A stretch of DNA of 64,000 bases from Nitrosopumilus sp. (GTDB taxonomy: Archaea > Thermoproteota > Nitrososphaeria > Nitrososphaerales > Nitrosopumilaceae), in assembly GCA_965205215.1 (NCBI GenBank), contig OZ242041.1, positions 1,376,001 to 1,440,000 on the forward strand, given 5' to 3'. The notes under the pieces were generated by a model that was not told where the DNA came from, did no database searches, and worked only from the letters and a program-made list of their open reading frames with translations. Below are positions 19,892 through 30,349 of the stretch, piece by piece; the stretch's first letter is position 1; each line of letters starts with the position of its first letter. Position numbers and translations under genes: made by a program.

Positions 19892-20425
19892 TTAATTGCT
19901 TTGTGGCCGCCGCGCGCCATTGGCGCTTCCGCGCGCGCCGCGCCGCTGGCCTTCTGCCTTTCCTCGGCTCTCCCTCTTGGCGCCCGGCCGCCTCCCGTCC
20001 CTCTTGGCGCCCTCTTCCCTGCCGCCGCCCTGCGCCCTTTTGCCGTCTCTGGGATGGCCGCCGCGCCTGTCGCCCGCGCTTTGGCGGCCGCCTCTACCCT
20101 CTTCCTTCTCCTCGATCCTGCGCCTCCTGCCAGTGTTCAGTATCTCGTACTTCTTGCCGACCTCGAATATCTTCATCTCCCCCGACGTCGGATCGTGTAT
20201 TGACTCGAGGTTGCCTGCGGAGAGTAGCATTCCCACCAGGTTCCACGTCTCTGGCTCTGAAATGTTGAACTTTGTCATAATTGTGGAGAATTTTGTAAAG
20301 TAACCGTTCCTGGAGTTTCTCAGTATGAACATCTCGACCCTTTTTTCTACGGGCGGGGAGGGCTCGCGCCTCTTGGGCCTCGAAAAACGGCGCCCCCGTC
20401 CGTGCGCGCCCCTGACATGTGACAT
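19892..20425 (-). CDS. Hypothetical protein with an HTH-like core and an Arg/Gly-rich tail
   Basis: Globular segment KRVEMFILRNSRNGYFTKFST...LESIHDPTSGEMK followed by a basic low-complexity tail. Confidence 0.6.
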   Translation of the reverse strand: MSHVRGAHGRGRRFSRPKRREPSPPVEKRVEMFILRNSRNGYFTKFSTIMTKFNISEPETWNLVGMLLSAGNLESIHDPTSGEMKIFEVGKKYEILNTGRRRRIEEKEEGRGGRQSAGDRRGGHPRDGKRAQGGGREEGAKRDGRRPGAKRESRGKAEGQRRGARGSANGARRPQSN

Positions 20426-20928
20426 GGATGATCAATTTTTCGTGAATACTTAATGTTTGGGATTGTACCGCGCGTCCCGCATGGCATCTGGTGTCGGCAG
20501 ACGTCCCGCTGCTGCCACATTGGACGGTTGTATGGTGCGGCCGTTTGCGGCCAGAGGCCGCTGCCGCCGTGTGTTGATGTCATGTCCGGGCGGCGGGTGC
20601 AGGCCCCTCGGAGGGGAGATCCGCGGGCCTGACCAGAAGGCCCTGCCTGTGGGGAGGCGCGCCTTCCGTGCCGTCCGAACTCGGAGGCATGCCGGTCAGG
20701 CCTCTGCCAGTCTTGCCCTTTGGGGGACTGCGTGTGGCTCGCGCCTGGCAATAAAGCAACCTGCCTCCTCTGTCTGCTTTGATGTGTCGTTGCCGGCGCG
20801 CTATATCCTGCGCGATGTGTGATTTTTTGATCAATCAGGCCAAAAAATACCGTCCTGACCGGGGCCGTCGCACGCGTGGCAGTTTGGCCCGTCCATCCGG
20901 CCGGCTACCGCCGCCGTCGCAATACCAT

Positions 20929-21493
20929 TATGATGCCGCAGGTACCGTATGCCGTGAGCCGCCCCAATCCCATTCCGTGGTCCCCCGGCTTGGCACTGTC
21001 GTGGGCTGACTTTCAGGCCGAGCAGAATCCTGCCGAGCTCGAGGACGCCTACAGCGCAATACGCTACAGGCCAAGGTGGACGGTCGGGTCGGAGCAGTTC
21101 GCCGATGGCTCGATTCTCTTTGAGGTTTTGGATCTCCGCATAACCACCGAGTTCTGGCCTGCTCTTTCTTGGGCCCGCCCTGACTGCGACGATACCGTGC
21201 TGTGCCACCAGCAAGGGCACTTTGATCTTGGGGAGCTCGTAATGCGCGAGGAAGCCGGACGTGTGCGAGGCTCCGTGTGCGGAAGGCACTTTCCCACGCG
21301 CGGCAGGAACGAGGATCAGAGAATGCAGAACGCAAAAGAGGACTCCGCGCTTGTGGTAGAGTCCGCGGTGCGCAAACTTGAGGCCGTGCTTGCAGCGCGG
21401 CAGGCCCGGTACGACAGAGACACGCGGCACGGGGCCGACAGCGAGGCCCAGCGCAGGTTTGATGACATGCTGCGTGAGGCCCTGAGGGGATGA
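20929..21493 (+). CDS. DUF922-like zincin-fold protein with HQQGH in place of HExxH
   Basis: LSWADFQ, H-Q-Q-G-H-F-D-L-x-E, QARYDRDTRHG...Q motifs. Confidence 0.75.
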
Positions 21494-21591
21494 TCAAGAC
21501 ACCTTAAGCCACCGCCATTTATCGTAACTGACATTCCTTTCCATCTGTACTGCGTGCATGGCCGCGTGCGGCTATTCCTGCATTGCCGCTT

Positions 21592-21786
21592 CTATTCCGT
21601 TTCCACCGTGTGGTTCCTGCTACCGTCTGTCTCGCCGCCTTCTTCTCTTGCCTCTGCTCTTTCGGCCTTCTCTTTGTTTCTTGCCATGATCTCGCTGTTC
21701 CGCTCGGCGTCTGTGTGGATTTCTAAATGATCATATAATTTTTCCTTTGTGTCAAATATCTGGCTGCAGTAATAGCACTGGTGCAT
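21592..21786 (-). CDS. Small C2H2 zinc-finger protein
   Basis: CYYC-x12-HLEIH. Confidence 0.75.
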   Translation of the reverse strand: MHQCYYCSQIFDTKEKLYDHLEIHTDAERNSEIMARNKEKAERAEAREEGGETDGSRNHTVETE

Positions 21787-21866
21787 ACCACTGTATGTCT
21801 GTTATGCGTTTTAACCTTGACTGAGGTCGGGATTTGGTATGCTTGGCGCGGCCGCCGTGCCGTGCG

Positions 21867-21912
21867 CGGGGAGAAGGGGAGGGGGGAGAAGGGGAGGGGG
21901 GAGAAGGGGAAG
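21867..21912. repeat. Purine-rich 15-bp tandem repeat (GGGGAGAAGGGGAGG) x~3
   Basis: Read directly upstream of the helicase. Confidence 0.75.
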
Positions 21913-22073
21913 AGGTGGCTCTGTTGCCACGCTGGCACCACCGTTATTGTCGCAACCGTGTTACCGCAGCTGTTGCCGGTGACGGCGGCAGTTACTGCTT
22001 GCCGCATGCCTTGGCAGGCGCCGATACACCGCATCATGGTATTAATACTGACGCACCGGCACCAACCAATACC

Positions 22074-23756
22074 ATGTTGGAGGACAAGGTTCCGGCCCCG
22101 TTCGCGCCGCGCCCGATCCAGAAGCGCATCCTTTCTGAGATAGAGTCGTGCATCGAATCCGGATACCCGAACATCGTACTGTGCGCTCCCACCGGCGTGG
22201 GCAAGTCGCTTGTGGGCGTGACGGTGGCCCGCCACTTCGGTGGCTCGTTTGTGGTTACGGCCTCAAAAAACCTCCAGAACCAGTACGTGGGGGACTTTGC
22301 GTTTCTCAGCCCCGTCAAGGGCAAGTCGAACTTTGCCTGCCACCAGATAATGTCCGAACAGAAGATGGACGACGAGGTGTACGCGGCGCGCAACGGGATG
22401 ACGTGCGAGAAAGGGCGCTGCGTTACAAAAAAGACGGTCGGCGGCAAGCAGATCGTGGACACATGCAAGTTCAAGCCCACGATCAAGCAGGTGGACGAGG
22501 ACGACTGCCCCTCTGAGCCGTGCCCGTACTATGTGCAAAAGTACAGGGGGCTGCTCTCGCCCCACTCCCTCTGGAACTATTCGTCGTATTTTCAGATTAT
22601 AAAGTTCGGGCAGCCGCTGTTCGGCCAGTACCTGGAGAGGCCCGTCTCTATATTCGACGAGGCCCACACCCTGGAGGATCAGATAGTCCAATTCATCGGA
22701 TACGACATAAGGCAGCGGCACCTGGAGGAGGCGGAGATCCACGCCGACCGGTACGACCTTGGGAGCGTGGAGGATACGCTTGAGATCACTACCGAGATTG
22801 CCAAGTACTACTCGGGCCGGATCCGGGACGTGGAGGAGTCGGTATCGCCCGAGTCCCTCCCGGACTTTCGCATACTCAGCCGGCTCCGGTCCATCTACGA
22901 GGAGGCGGCCCATGCAAGGCAGGAGATCTCATCGGACATAGGGAACTTTGTGGTCAACAGGCCCGAGACCGACGCGGACGGCAACATAAGGACCATATCA
23001 ATAAAGCCGATAGACGTCTCGGGCTTTGCCGGGGAGTTCTTCACCTCCAAGCACAACCTGTTCATGTCCGCCACCATCGACAAGCCGAGCTTCTGCGAGA
23101 ACATGGGGCTCGACCCGGGCTCGGTCGCGATCGTGGACGCCCCCGAGTCGCCGTTTCCACTGGAGCACCGCGCCGTGGAGATGCTGCGCGTGAGACACCT
23201 CAACTACCGCAGCACGCCGGCCGACGAGGCGGCGGTAATATCAAAGATAGACGAACTGATGGACAAGCACGCCGACGCGCGCGGACTTGTCCTGACGTCG
23301 TCCGTATCAAAGTGCTACTACATCCTCAAGGGACTTTCAGAGCGCAACCGGCGCCGCGTCAAGATATGCCACAGCACCAACCCCGACGGCAGAACGCAGG
23401 GCGAGATAATAGCCGAGCACAGGGACGAGCCGCGCAGCGTCCTGCTCTCCTCGTCCCTGTGGGAGGGTGTCGACCTCAAGGACGACATGTCGCGGTTCCA
23501 GATAATTGCAAAGGTGCCGTACCCGAACTACTCGGAGGAGCGTACGAGGGCCAAGATGAAAAAATTTCCGCGCTGGTATGCGGCCCGCACGCTGACAAAG
23601 CTGCTACAGGGACTCGGGCGCTCCGTCCGCAGCGAGCAGGACTGGGCTAGGACCTACATACTCGACGCAGCGGCCGACAGGCTGCTGGCCCAGTCCCGGA
23701 ACTCGGTGCCGCTGTCGTATCGCGACATGCTGGGCATGCAGGCGGGGAGCGCGTGA
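22074..23756 (+). CDS. DinG/Rad3(XPD)-family SF2 helicase
   Basis: Q motif, APTGVGKS, KGKSNFAC plus Fe-S cysteines, DEAH, MSAT, WEGVD, QGLGRSVRS; start at ATG 22074. Confidence 0.9.
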   Translation: MLEDKVPAPFAPRPIQKRILSEIESCIESGYPNIVLCAPTGVGKSLVGVTVARHFGGSFVVTASKNLQNQYVGDFAFLSPVKGKSNFACHQIMSEQKMDDEVYAARNGMTCEKGRCVTKKTVGGKQIVDTCKFKPTIKQVDEDDCPSEPCPYYVQKYRGLLSPHSLWNYSSYFQIIKFGQPLFGQYLERPVSIFDEAHTLEDQIVQFIGYDIRQRHLEEAEIHADRYDLGSVEDTLEITTEIAKYYSGRIRDVEESVSPESLPDFRILSRLRSIYEEAAHARQEISSDIGNFVVNRPETDADGNIRTISIKPIDVSGFAGEFFTSKHNLFMSATIDKPSFCENMGLDPGSVAIVDAPESPFPLEHRAVEMLRVRHLNYRSTPADEAAVISKIDELMDKHADARGLVLTSSVSKCYYILKGLSERNRRRVKICHSTNPDGRTQGEIIAEHRDEPRSVLLSSSLWEGVDLKDDMSRFQIIAKVPYPNYSEERTRAKMKKFPRWYAARTLTKLLQGLGRSVRSEQDWARTYILDAAADRLLAQSRNSVPLSYRDMLGMQAGSA

Positions 23757-23828
23757 TGCGCCTTGGCGGGATCTGCCGGGGGCAGTAACTCGCCGCGTGA
23801 CGTCTTTGTGACCTCTACCGCCGCCGCG

Positions 23829-25574
23829 TCACTGCCGCACGACGGGCCTTGTAACCGCCCCTTCTGCTGCAGAGCCCACAAGTGACGCGAACTTTGCAAG
23901 GGCGCCGTGCGTATAGTTGGGCGGGGGCCTCTGCCACCCGGCCCTTCTTGACTCCATCTCGTCCTCTGATATGCGTACGTCTATGAGGTTTGACTCCGTG
24001 TCTATGGCGATCGTGTCACCGTCGCGCACCAGCGCTATGGGGCCCCCGACGTAGGCCTCGGGCGCCACGTGGCCCACCATGAATCCCCTGGTCCCCCCGG
24101 AGAACCTGCCGTCCGTTACCATTGCCACCTGCCTGCCGAGCCCCTGGCCCACCAGGGCCGCCGTGGTGGCGAGCATCTCGCGCATTCCGGGCCCGCCCTT
24201 CGGGCCCTCGTACCTGATCACCACCACGTCCCCCGGCACGATCCCGCCCTTTGAGACCTCCTCGAAGGCCGCCTCCTCCCGATCAAAGACGCGTGCCCTT
24301 CCCTCGAACGTGGTCATCTCGACCCCCGCGGTCTTGATTACGGCCCCGTCGGGAGCAAGCGTGCCGCGCAGTATCACGGCGGTGCCCGTCTTGTGTATGG
24401 GGCTGTCCGTGTCGCGCAGTATGCCGGGGGCCTCGGCCGCGCCGGCGCCGTCTCTGTGTCCGCCCTCCTGCGGACTGGAACCGTCCGGTCCAGCCGTAGC
24501 GTACGGCGCCACGGACGCCAGGTTCTGAGATATTGTTTTTCCGGTTACGGTCATGCAGTCCCCGTTGAGCAGTCCCGCGTCAAGCAGCTTTTTCATCACG
24601 AGCGGTATGCCGCCTATGCGGTCAAGCGAGTTCATCACGTAGCTCCCACCCGGCTTCATGTCCGTAATGTGCGGCGTCTTCTTCCTGATCCTTTCAAAGT
24701 CCTTGTACGTGAGGTCCACCCCGACCTCCCTTGAGAGCGCCAGAAGGTGCAGTATGCCGTTGGTTGACCCGCCCACCGCATTGAGCATCGCAATCGCGTT
24801 CTCAAATGACTCGAGCGTCAGTATGTCGCGGGGCCGTATGCCCGTCTCCAGCAGCAGCCTTGCGCACGCTGCCCCTGTGTCGTACGCCATCGCCTCGCGC
24901 CTCTCGTCCTCGGCGGGGGGGCTTGCGCTTCCGGGCAGCGCGAGCCCTATGGCCTCCGATATGGACGCCATCGTGTTTGCAGTAAACATCCCACCGCACG
25001 AGCCGGCGTTGGGGCACGCGGCATCCTCTATGTCCTTAAGCTGCTCAAGCGATATGCTGCCCGCGTCGTACGATCCGACTGCCTCGTACACGTCAACTAT
25101 GGTAAGCTCCCTGCCGTCGAGCATTCCCGGCATTATGGTCCCTCCGTACACGAATACGGAGGGTATGTCGAGCCTTGCCATCGCCATCATGGTGCCGGGC
25201 AGGCTCTTGTCGCATCCCGCTATTCCCACCAGCGCGTCGTACTGGTGCGCCCTTACCATCAGCTCTATGGAGTCGGCTATCACCTCGCGGGATACGAGCG
25301 AGGACTTCATACCCTCGTGCCCCATGGCTATCCCGTCGCTTACTGCAATGGTGGCAAACTCGCGCGGCGTGGCGCCCGCGTCCGCGACGCCCTGCTTTGC
25401 CTTGAGCGCAAGCTGCGGCAGGTGTATGTTGCACGGCGTGGCCTCGTTCCCGGTGTGGCATACGCCGACGAACGGCCTTGCTAGATCCTCGTCTGTCAGG
25501 GACATGGCCTTGTACATGGCCCTGTGGGGGGCCCTTGCCGTGCCCTCCACTACGTTCCTGCTCGATATGCTCAT
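23829..25574 (-). CDS. ilvD: Dihydroxy-acid dehydratase
   Basis: [44 protein letters not shown]. Confidence 0.97.
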   Translation of the reverse strand: MSISSRNVVEGTARAPHRAMYKAMSLTDEDLARPFVGVCHTGNEATPCNIHLPQLALKAKQGVADAGATPREFATIAVSDGIAMGHEGMKSSLVSREVIADSIELMVRAHQYDALVGIAGCDKSLPGTMMAMARLDIPSVFVYGGTIMPGMLDGRELTIVDVYEAVGSYDAGSISLEQLKDIEDAACPNAGSCGGMFTANTMASISEAIGLALPGSASPPAEDERREAMAYDTGAACARLLLETGIRPRDILTLESFENAIAMLNAVGGSTNGILHLLALSREVGVDLTYKDFERIRKKTPHITDMKPGGSYVMNSLDRIGGIPLVMKKLLDAGLLNGDCMTVTGKTISQNLASVAPYATAGPDGSSPQEGGHRDGAGAAEAPGILRDTDSPIHKTGTAVILRGTLAPDGAVIKTAGVEMTTFEGRARVFDREEAAFEEVSKGGIVPGDVVVIRYEGPKGGPGMREMLATTAALVGQGLGRQVAMVTDGRFSGGTRGFMVGHVAPEAYVGGPIALVRDGDTIAIDTESNLIDVRISEDEMESRRAGWQRPPPNYTHGALAKFASLVGSAAEGAVTRPVVRQ

Positions 25575-25915
25575 GGAATGCACGCCACCCCGAGTCAATT
25601 ATAACATTGCCTTTTTTTTTTGGCCCTGCAACACCCTCATGATCTGCGGTGCGCTGCAAGGCAGGCGGCCTGACGGCGCGGCGCCCCCTGCGTCTTCAGT
25701 GCTGGTTAAATAACCCGGCCTGCCAACCCGCATATGAAAGCTAGATCTGCAATCATGTTGCGGCGCCGCTCCCTTTTCTCGGGGGCGAACGCGGGAGGAA
25801 CGCGGCCCGTTTGTGCCTGCGACGCTGGCAGTCTCCTGCTGGATCAGGGGTGTGGCAGGCCTGCAAGGATAGTGGACGTGGCGCGCGGATGACGGCCGGC
25901 TAGAGCGGGAAGGGC

Positions 25916-26554
25916 ATGCAAGGCGCAGCTGCGGCATTTTATGGCGTGATGGTGAGGCCAACCGCGACATTCCGCCGCATATCCGACAATCCTGCAGCAT
26001 ACCTTGCGCCGTCTGTTGCGATACTTGCGGCCTTGGTTGTCTTGAGCGCGCTGTTCCCACTGAGTGTCTTCGGACCCCGGATGAGCGAGATCTCGTGGGA
26101 TGGCGCTCTGTACGCCTTGGTTACGGGTCCAATAGATGCATTGGTGCCAATCCTTGGAATATTCTGGGTTGGAAGGAGGTGGGGCGGGAACCGCAGCCTT
26201 CGAAGGGCCTTCCCGACGCTGGCGTACTGCATGGTGCCTGCCGTACTGGGGTTCATGGCGGTTCATGCAGCGTGGGGCCTGTACGATCTTGCGGTTCCGG
26301 AGCCCCTCTTTCATGACGGGCCGACTAGGACCGCATGGTTTACGTTCGCTGGTGGTAGCATCCAACATGCCGTCGGGCTGCTCCCCGTAGGGTGGACGCT
26401 CCTGCTGCATCTAAAAGCGATCCGCGTACTGAACGGATTTGGGTACGCCAGATCCGCGGCAATCTTGGCGCTGGCCGTACTGTTCCTGTATGCAGCCGGT
26501 ATGGCCCAAGGCCTGGCCATGACAGTCATCAGCGGGCCCGTGCTGTTTGTATGA
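25916..26554 (+). CDS. YIP1-family membrane protein (start uncertain)
   Basis: RPTATFRRI N-terminal motif, about five TM helices, LAYCMVP, AIRVLNGF. Confidence 0.7.
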   Translation: MQGAAAAFYGVMVRPTATFRRISDNPAAYLAPSVAILAALVVLSALFPLSVFGPRMSEISWDGALYALVTGPIDALVPILGIFWVGRRWGGNRSLRRAFPTLAYCMVPAVLGFMAVHAAWGLYDLAVPEPLFHDGPTRTAWFTFAGGSIQHAVGLLPVGWTLLLHLKAIRVLNGFGYARSAAILALAVLFLYAAGMAQGLAMTVISGPVLFV

Positions 26555-26732
26555 CCGGCGCTAGGACACACCAAAAAAAAACCAGAGGAGCTCCAGCACG
26601 GTATGCGCTGTTTTGATCGGCAGGTTTGGGCCTGGGTAGGGGCTTAGGGTTCTGACGTGACCTGCCGACTTCTCAATTCATAGAAAGCTGATTATGCAAT
26701 CCCGCCGCGCCTGTAAAATTAGTTAATTACAA

Positions 26733-27137
26733 GTGCGTGTAACGCGAGTCGTGGGGGCGTATACCGCGATAATTGGAATAGTCGCCGGGGCGATCGTCAT
26801 GATGGCCTTGGTGTTTGGCATGGACGTGGTAAAGATGAGCATATCGACTGAGAAATACTCCGTGTTCGTGGATCCGATAATAGACCAGCAAAGCCTCTTC
26901 GTTGTGGGGCGCGTCACGGTTCAGAACACAGGCTCCGAGCCCCTGACAAACGTCCGGGTCAACTTTGGCTCCGGCGACGCGCAGGACCTTCCGGTACTAA
27001 AGCCGGGGCAGAAGATACTCCTGACGCCCCCCGAGGACAACCCGATGCAGGCCGTAACCGTGAGCGCCGACAACGGCGTGTACGAGATGAAGACGTACCG
27101 AGAGCTCCCGAAGATGGTCGGCATGATGGGCTCGTAG
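26733..27137 (+). CDS. Membrane-anchored protein with an Ig-like/CARDB-like domain
   Basis: N-terminal TM helix, VTVQNTGSEPLTNV...LKPGQ. Confidence 0.75.
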   Translation: MRVTRVVGAYTAIIGIVAGAIVMMALVFGMDVVKMSISTEKYSVFVDPIIDQQSLFVVGRVTVQNTGSEPLTNVRVNFGSGDAQDLPVLKPGQKILLTPPEDNPMQAVTVSADNGVYEMKTYRELPKMVGMMGS

Positions 27138-27196
27138 CGTGACGCGAGACGCGAGCCCTGCGTACTGAATATATTCATGCGACCGCACCGCACTGT

Positions 27197-27631
27197 GTGG
27201 ATTGCGACATACGCGCGTCTGAAAACGACGGCGACGACAGCGGCGACGACGACGCACGCGAGGGTTCCCCTGACGCATACCATGCGTTTTACCACGAGCT
27301 GATCGGGCTTGTCCGCCGCCACGCCGAAAGCGGCATCGCGCTCAGGGTAAAGCACGATGCAGAGAACCGGATCATTCGGCTGACGGGCCCCGAAGCCACC
27401 CCCCGGGCAAGGGCGGCAAGCGGCCTTGAGGACGTGGCGGAGCTGGCGCAGTCCACCGCGGAACACCACCCGTACTGGGGCCTATTGTACCACTCATCGG
27501 AGGTGGCAGACGAGGTACTGCGCTCGTGGGACGGGGCGCTGACGGCCGACCAAGTGGCGGACATCCGGTGGTCCATGCGCGAGATCGAGTCCGTCCTTGA
27601 CAGGCTGGCGCGAGACTCGGCCCGCGAGTGA
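27197..27631 (+). CDS. Hypothetical protein
   Basis: Helical ORF containing ELAQSTAEHHPYWGLLY; TATA-like AATATATT upstream. Confidence 0.65.
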   Translation: MDCDIRASENDGDDSGDDDAREGSPDAYHAFYHELIGLVRRHAESGIALRVKHDAENRIIRLTGPEATPRARAASGLEDVAELAQSTAEHHPYWGLLYHSSEVADEVLRSWDGALTADQVADIRWSMREIESVLDRLARDSARE

Positions 27632-27916
27632 CAATGGCGCCTTCGGCGCGTGCAACTATTGCGCCGGCAGCGGCCACCGCGGCGCGGCGGCCGCGTAGGG
27701 CGAAGGTACATTATCGTGCGCGGAATGTCAACGTGTCCGGCGCGTGTCCGGTTACGTGCGCGGCAACAGCAGCGGACTCGGGCCGGATGGCAAGAAGCAA
27801 GGCGGGACTTTCAGGGTTTGGCCCACCTGTCCCACCCCACTGAATACGTTCATGCCTGTATTACATGCCTAGAGATTCTGAAAAATGGATAAAAGGAACA
27901 ATGTGGTAACTATGGC

Positions 27917-28828
27917 ATGCAAGAAAACACGAATGAACAAGCCGCGAGATGCCCGATATGCACTTGCAGACAGATGGTAACAGACGACAGCACCGGTGAG
28001 ATCTTTTGCGGCATGTGCGGGTTGGTAGTCAACGACAGGATTGCCGACATGGGGGCAGAGTGGCGCTCGTTCTCAAACGACGATTCAAACAGGGCCCGTA
28101 CGGGCGCCAGCACCTCGCTGACAATGCACGACATGGGGCTCTCCACCGTGATCGGCCCCTCAAACAAGGACTCGACAGGCAGGCCGCTCGCCGCGGGCAT
28201 AAAGAGCTCCATTGAGCGCCTGCGGACGTGGGACAGCCGCACGCAGGCCCCGACGTCGGCCGACAAGAACCTGCGCCAGGCACTCAACGAGATGGGCAAG
28301 CTAAAGTACAAGCTTGCGCTCAACGACGCGGTCGTGACTAACGCCGCGTACATCTACAGAAAGGCCATGGAGAAGAAGCTCGTCAAGGGGCGCACTATCG
28401 GTGGGCTGGTGGCCGCATGCATGTATGCGGCATGCCGCAACGCCGAGACGCCGAGGACGCTTGATGACATCTCCGACGAGATGAACCTCCGGCGCAAGGA
28501 CGTGGCAAGATGCTACCGCCTGATATTCAGGGAGCTCGACCTCAAGATGCCCGTCGTAGACCCCGTAAAGGGCATATCCAGGATTGCCAGCTTGGTGGGG
28601 CTCAGCGAGAAGACGCAGAGGATTGCTGCCCGGATACTGACGGCGGCAAAGAAGAAGGGTATGGCGGCCGGCAAGGACCCCATGGGGCTTGCAGCCGCCG
28701 CCTTGTACCTTGCGTGCACAAGCTGCGGCGAGGCCAAGACGCAAAAGGACATCTCTGCGGCATCCGGCGTGACGGAGGTTACGGTGCGTAATAGATGCGC
28801 CGGGCTGCGAACGCTGATGGATGAGTGA
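27917..28828 (+). CDS. tfb: Transcription initiation factor IIB (TFB paralog)
   Basis: Zn ribbon CPIC...CGMCG, EWRSF, HDMGLST, two cyclin repeats, GVTEVTVRNR. Confidence 0.95.
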   Translation: MQENTNEQAARCPICTCRQMVTDDSTGEIFCGMCGLVVNDRIADMGAEWRSFSNDDSNRARTGASTSLTMHDMGLSTVIGPSNKDSTGRPLAAGIKSSIERLRTWDSRTQAPTSADKNLRQALNEMGKLKYKLALNDAVVTNAAYIYRKAMEKKLVKGRTIGGLVAACMYAACRNAETPRTLDDISDEMNLRRKDVARCYRLIFRELDLKMPVVDPVKGISRIASLVGLSEKTQRIAARILTAAKKKGMAAGKDPMGLAAAALYLACTSCGEAKTQKDISAASGVTEVTVRNRCAGLRTLMDE

Positions 28829-28898
28829 TCCGCAGGGGGCCGGGAGCATCCGCCCCTCTGCATTTTATTATTCTGATATGATGGTGGCCGCCCGGCCG

Positions 28899-29492
28899 TC
28901 ACCTTACTATGATCTGGTTGTTCAGGCGCAGTTGCTGCATTTCCAGCTGCTCCGGCGTCGCCCCGTATGATATCAGTATGCGGTCGTCCTCCATGGGTTC
29001 GTATTCGCGTATGTCTGTCGCCTCCTCGCCGTTTATCGTGTACACCAGCTTGTACGTGTCGTCAGTGCAGAACTGCCTGCCGTCCGGGAACACAAAACAG
29101 CTCTCGTCTATGCTTATCCCGAGGGTCTCAAACAGGTACCCCAGGGTAACCCCGGTTGCGTGCTTGTGGATCGTGGATCCGTCCCTTCCCTCAAAGTGAA
29201 TCCAGCTCGACTTTAGCTGGTATGACGGGACCGAAAAGTCGAACCTGTCGTCGAAGATCTCGACCAGGATTGCCGTGTGGTCGTGCGCGCTTCCTATTGC
29301 CCCTGCGTTCTCGGGGCCTCCCGGCGCCGTGCCTGGCAGGTTGATGAACTCGATGACCGCGTATCCCACGATGGTGCCGATTACTGCCAGCACCCCCATT
29401 GCAATCAGCAGGTGCTTTCTCTTTTCGGCAGAGTGCTTTGACGCATAACTCTGGCGCTTTTGCTCGCGCTCCCTCCTCTCCTTTCTGCCCAT
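28899..29492 (-). CDS. Membrane-anchored conserved hypothetical protein
   Basis: Basic N-terminus, TM helix, HDH, IHFEG..IHKHATGVTLG, two Cys, DDRILISYG. Confidence 0.75.
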   Translation of the reverse strand: MGRKERREREQKRQSYASKHSAEKRKHLLIAMGVLAVIGTIVGYAVIEFINLPGTAPGGPENAGAIGSAHDHTAILVEIFDDRFDFSVPSYQLKSSWIHFEGRDGSTIHKHATGVTLGYLFETLGISIDESCFVFPDGRQFCTDDTYKLVYTINGEEATDIREYEPMEDDRILISYGATPEQLEMQQLRLNNQIIVR

Positions 29493-29874
29493 GAATGTCT
29501 GGACTGATGGCCGACCCTAATTAAGGATTCGTAAGAGGGCGCACGCACCGCGGGCGTACCCTCTCCGAATAACCAGCCGCGACCGCGTTCAAAATAATTT
29601 GTACCACGGGCCATCTTTTTGTAACGTGCACGGCAATAGTCGGCGCGTGCGGGCCCTGCCGCGTCCGTCTCTTGATGCCCTTGGCGGCCTCCCGTCACGG
29701 CAGTATTCCGCGGGCTCCGGGGAAGGGGGCTCCGGTCCCGGCGCACTCGGATATGCCGGCTGCAGATTGTCCCGCCCCCTGTCTGCGGGACGCGCACGCA
29801 GGGCGACGGCTGGCGCGCCGCGTCTGCGGCGCCGGGCTGCATCGACTTATTAACAAAACCGCGCTTGGAACTGC

Positions 29875-30279
29875 ATGGGATGCGTGTTCTGCGAGATTGT
29901 CAGGGACACAGGCAAGGGCCACATAATATACGAGGACGAGGAGCACCTTGCGTTTCTTGACCTCTATCCGATAACCGAGGGGCACAGCTTGGTGGTGCCA
30001 AAAAGGCACCACGAGATGATAACTGACATGCCTCCTGACGATGCGGGCCGGCTCTTCTCAATCGTCCCGCGCATAGCGAGGGCGGTGCTTCTTGGCACGG
30101 GAGCGGACGCGTTCAGTCTGGGGCAGAACAACGGCAGGGCCGCCCGCCAGATCGTACCCCACGTGCACGTGCACATCATCCCCCGGTACAGCGGCCGCGA
30201 GACCATGTGGACCAGCCGGGGCATGCCCGAGCCCGGCGAGCTTGCGGATCTGGCATCGAGGATCCGAGGGCACTTCTGA
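29875..30279 (+). CDS. HIT-family nucleotide hydrolase
   Basis: CVFC start, GHSLVVPK, HVHVHIIPR. Confidence 0.95.
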   Translation: MGCVFCEIVRDTGKGHIIYEDEEHLAFLDLYPITEGHSLVVPKRHHEMITDMPPDDAGRLFSIVPRIARAVLLGTGADAFSLGQNNGRAARQIVPHVHVHIIPRYSGRETMWTSRGMPEPGELADLASRIRGHF

Positions 30280-30349
30280 GAGGATACTGGCATCCGTTCT
30301 GACATGCCAGTTGTACAGAAGGATCCTGCAGTGTGCGGCGCGAAGCACC

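Noticed and set aside
20440-20870. ORFs in the long intergenic stretch, and likewise 4780-5310, 25620-25915 and 50300-50845
   Set aside because: Arg/Pro/Ala-biased translations with no motifs; possibly decayed genes, but nothing I can support.
9031-25713. Long antisense ORFs over trpA (9031-10173), trpD (12086-13102) and ilvD (24658-25713), and similar shadows elsewhere such as 52745-54403
   Set aside because: They overlap well-supported genes on the other strand, have no recognisable motifs, and are expected in GC-rich DNA.
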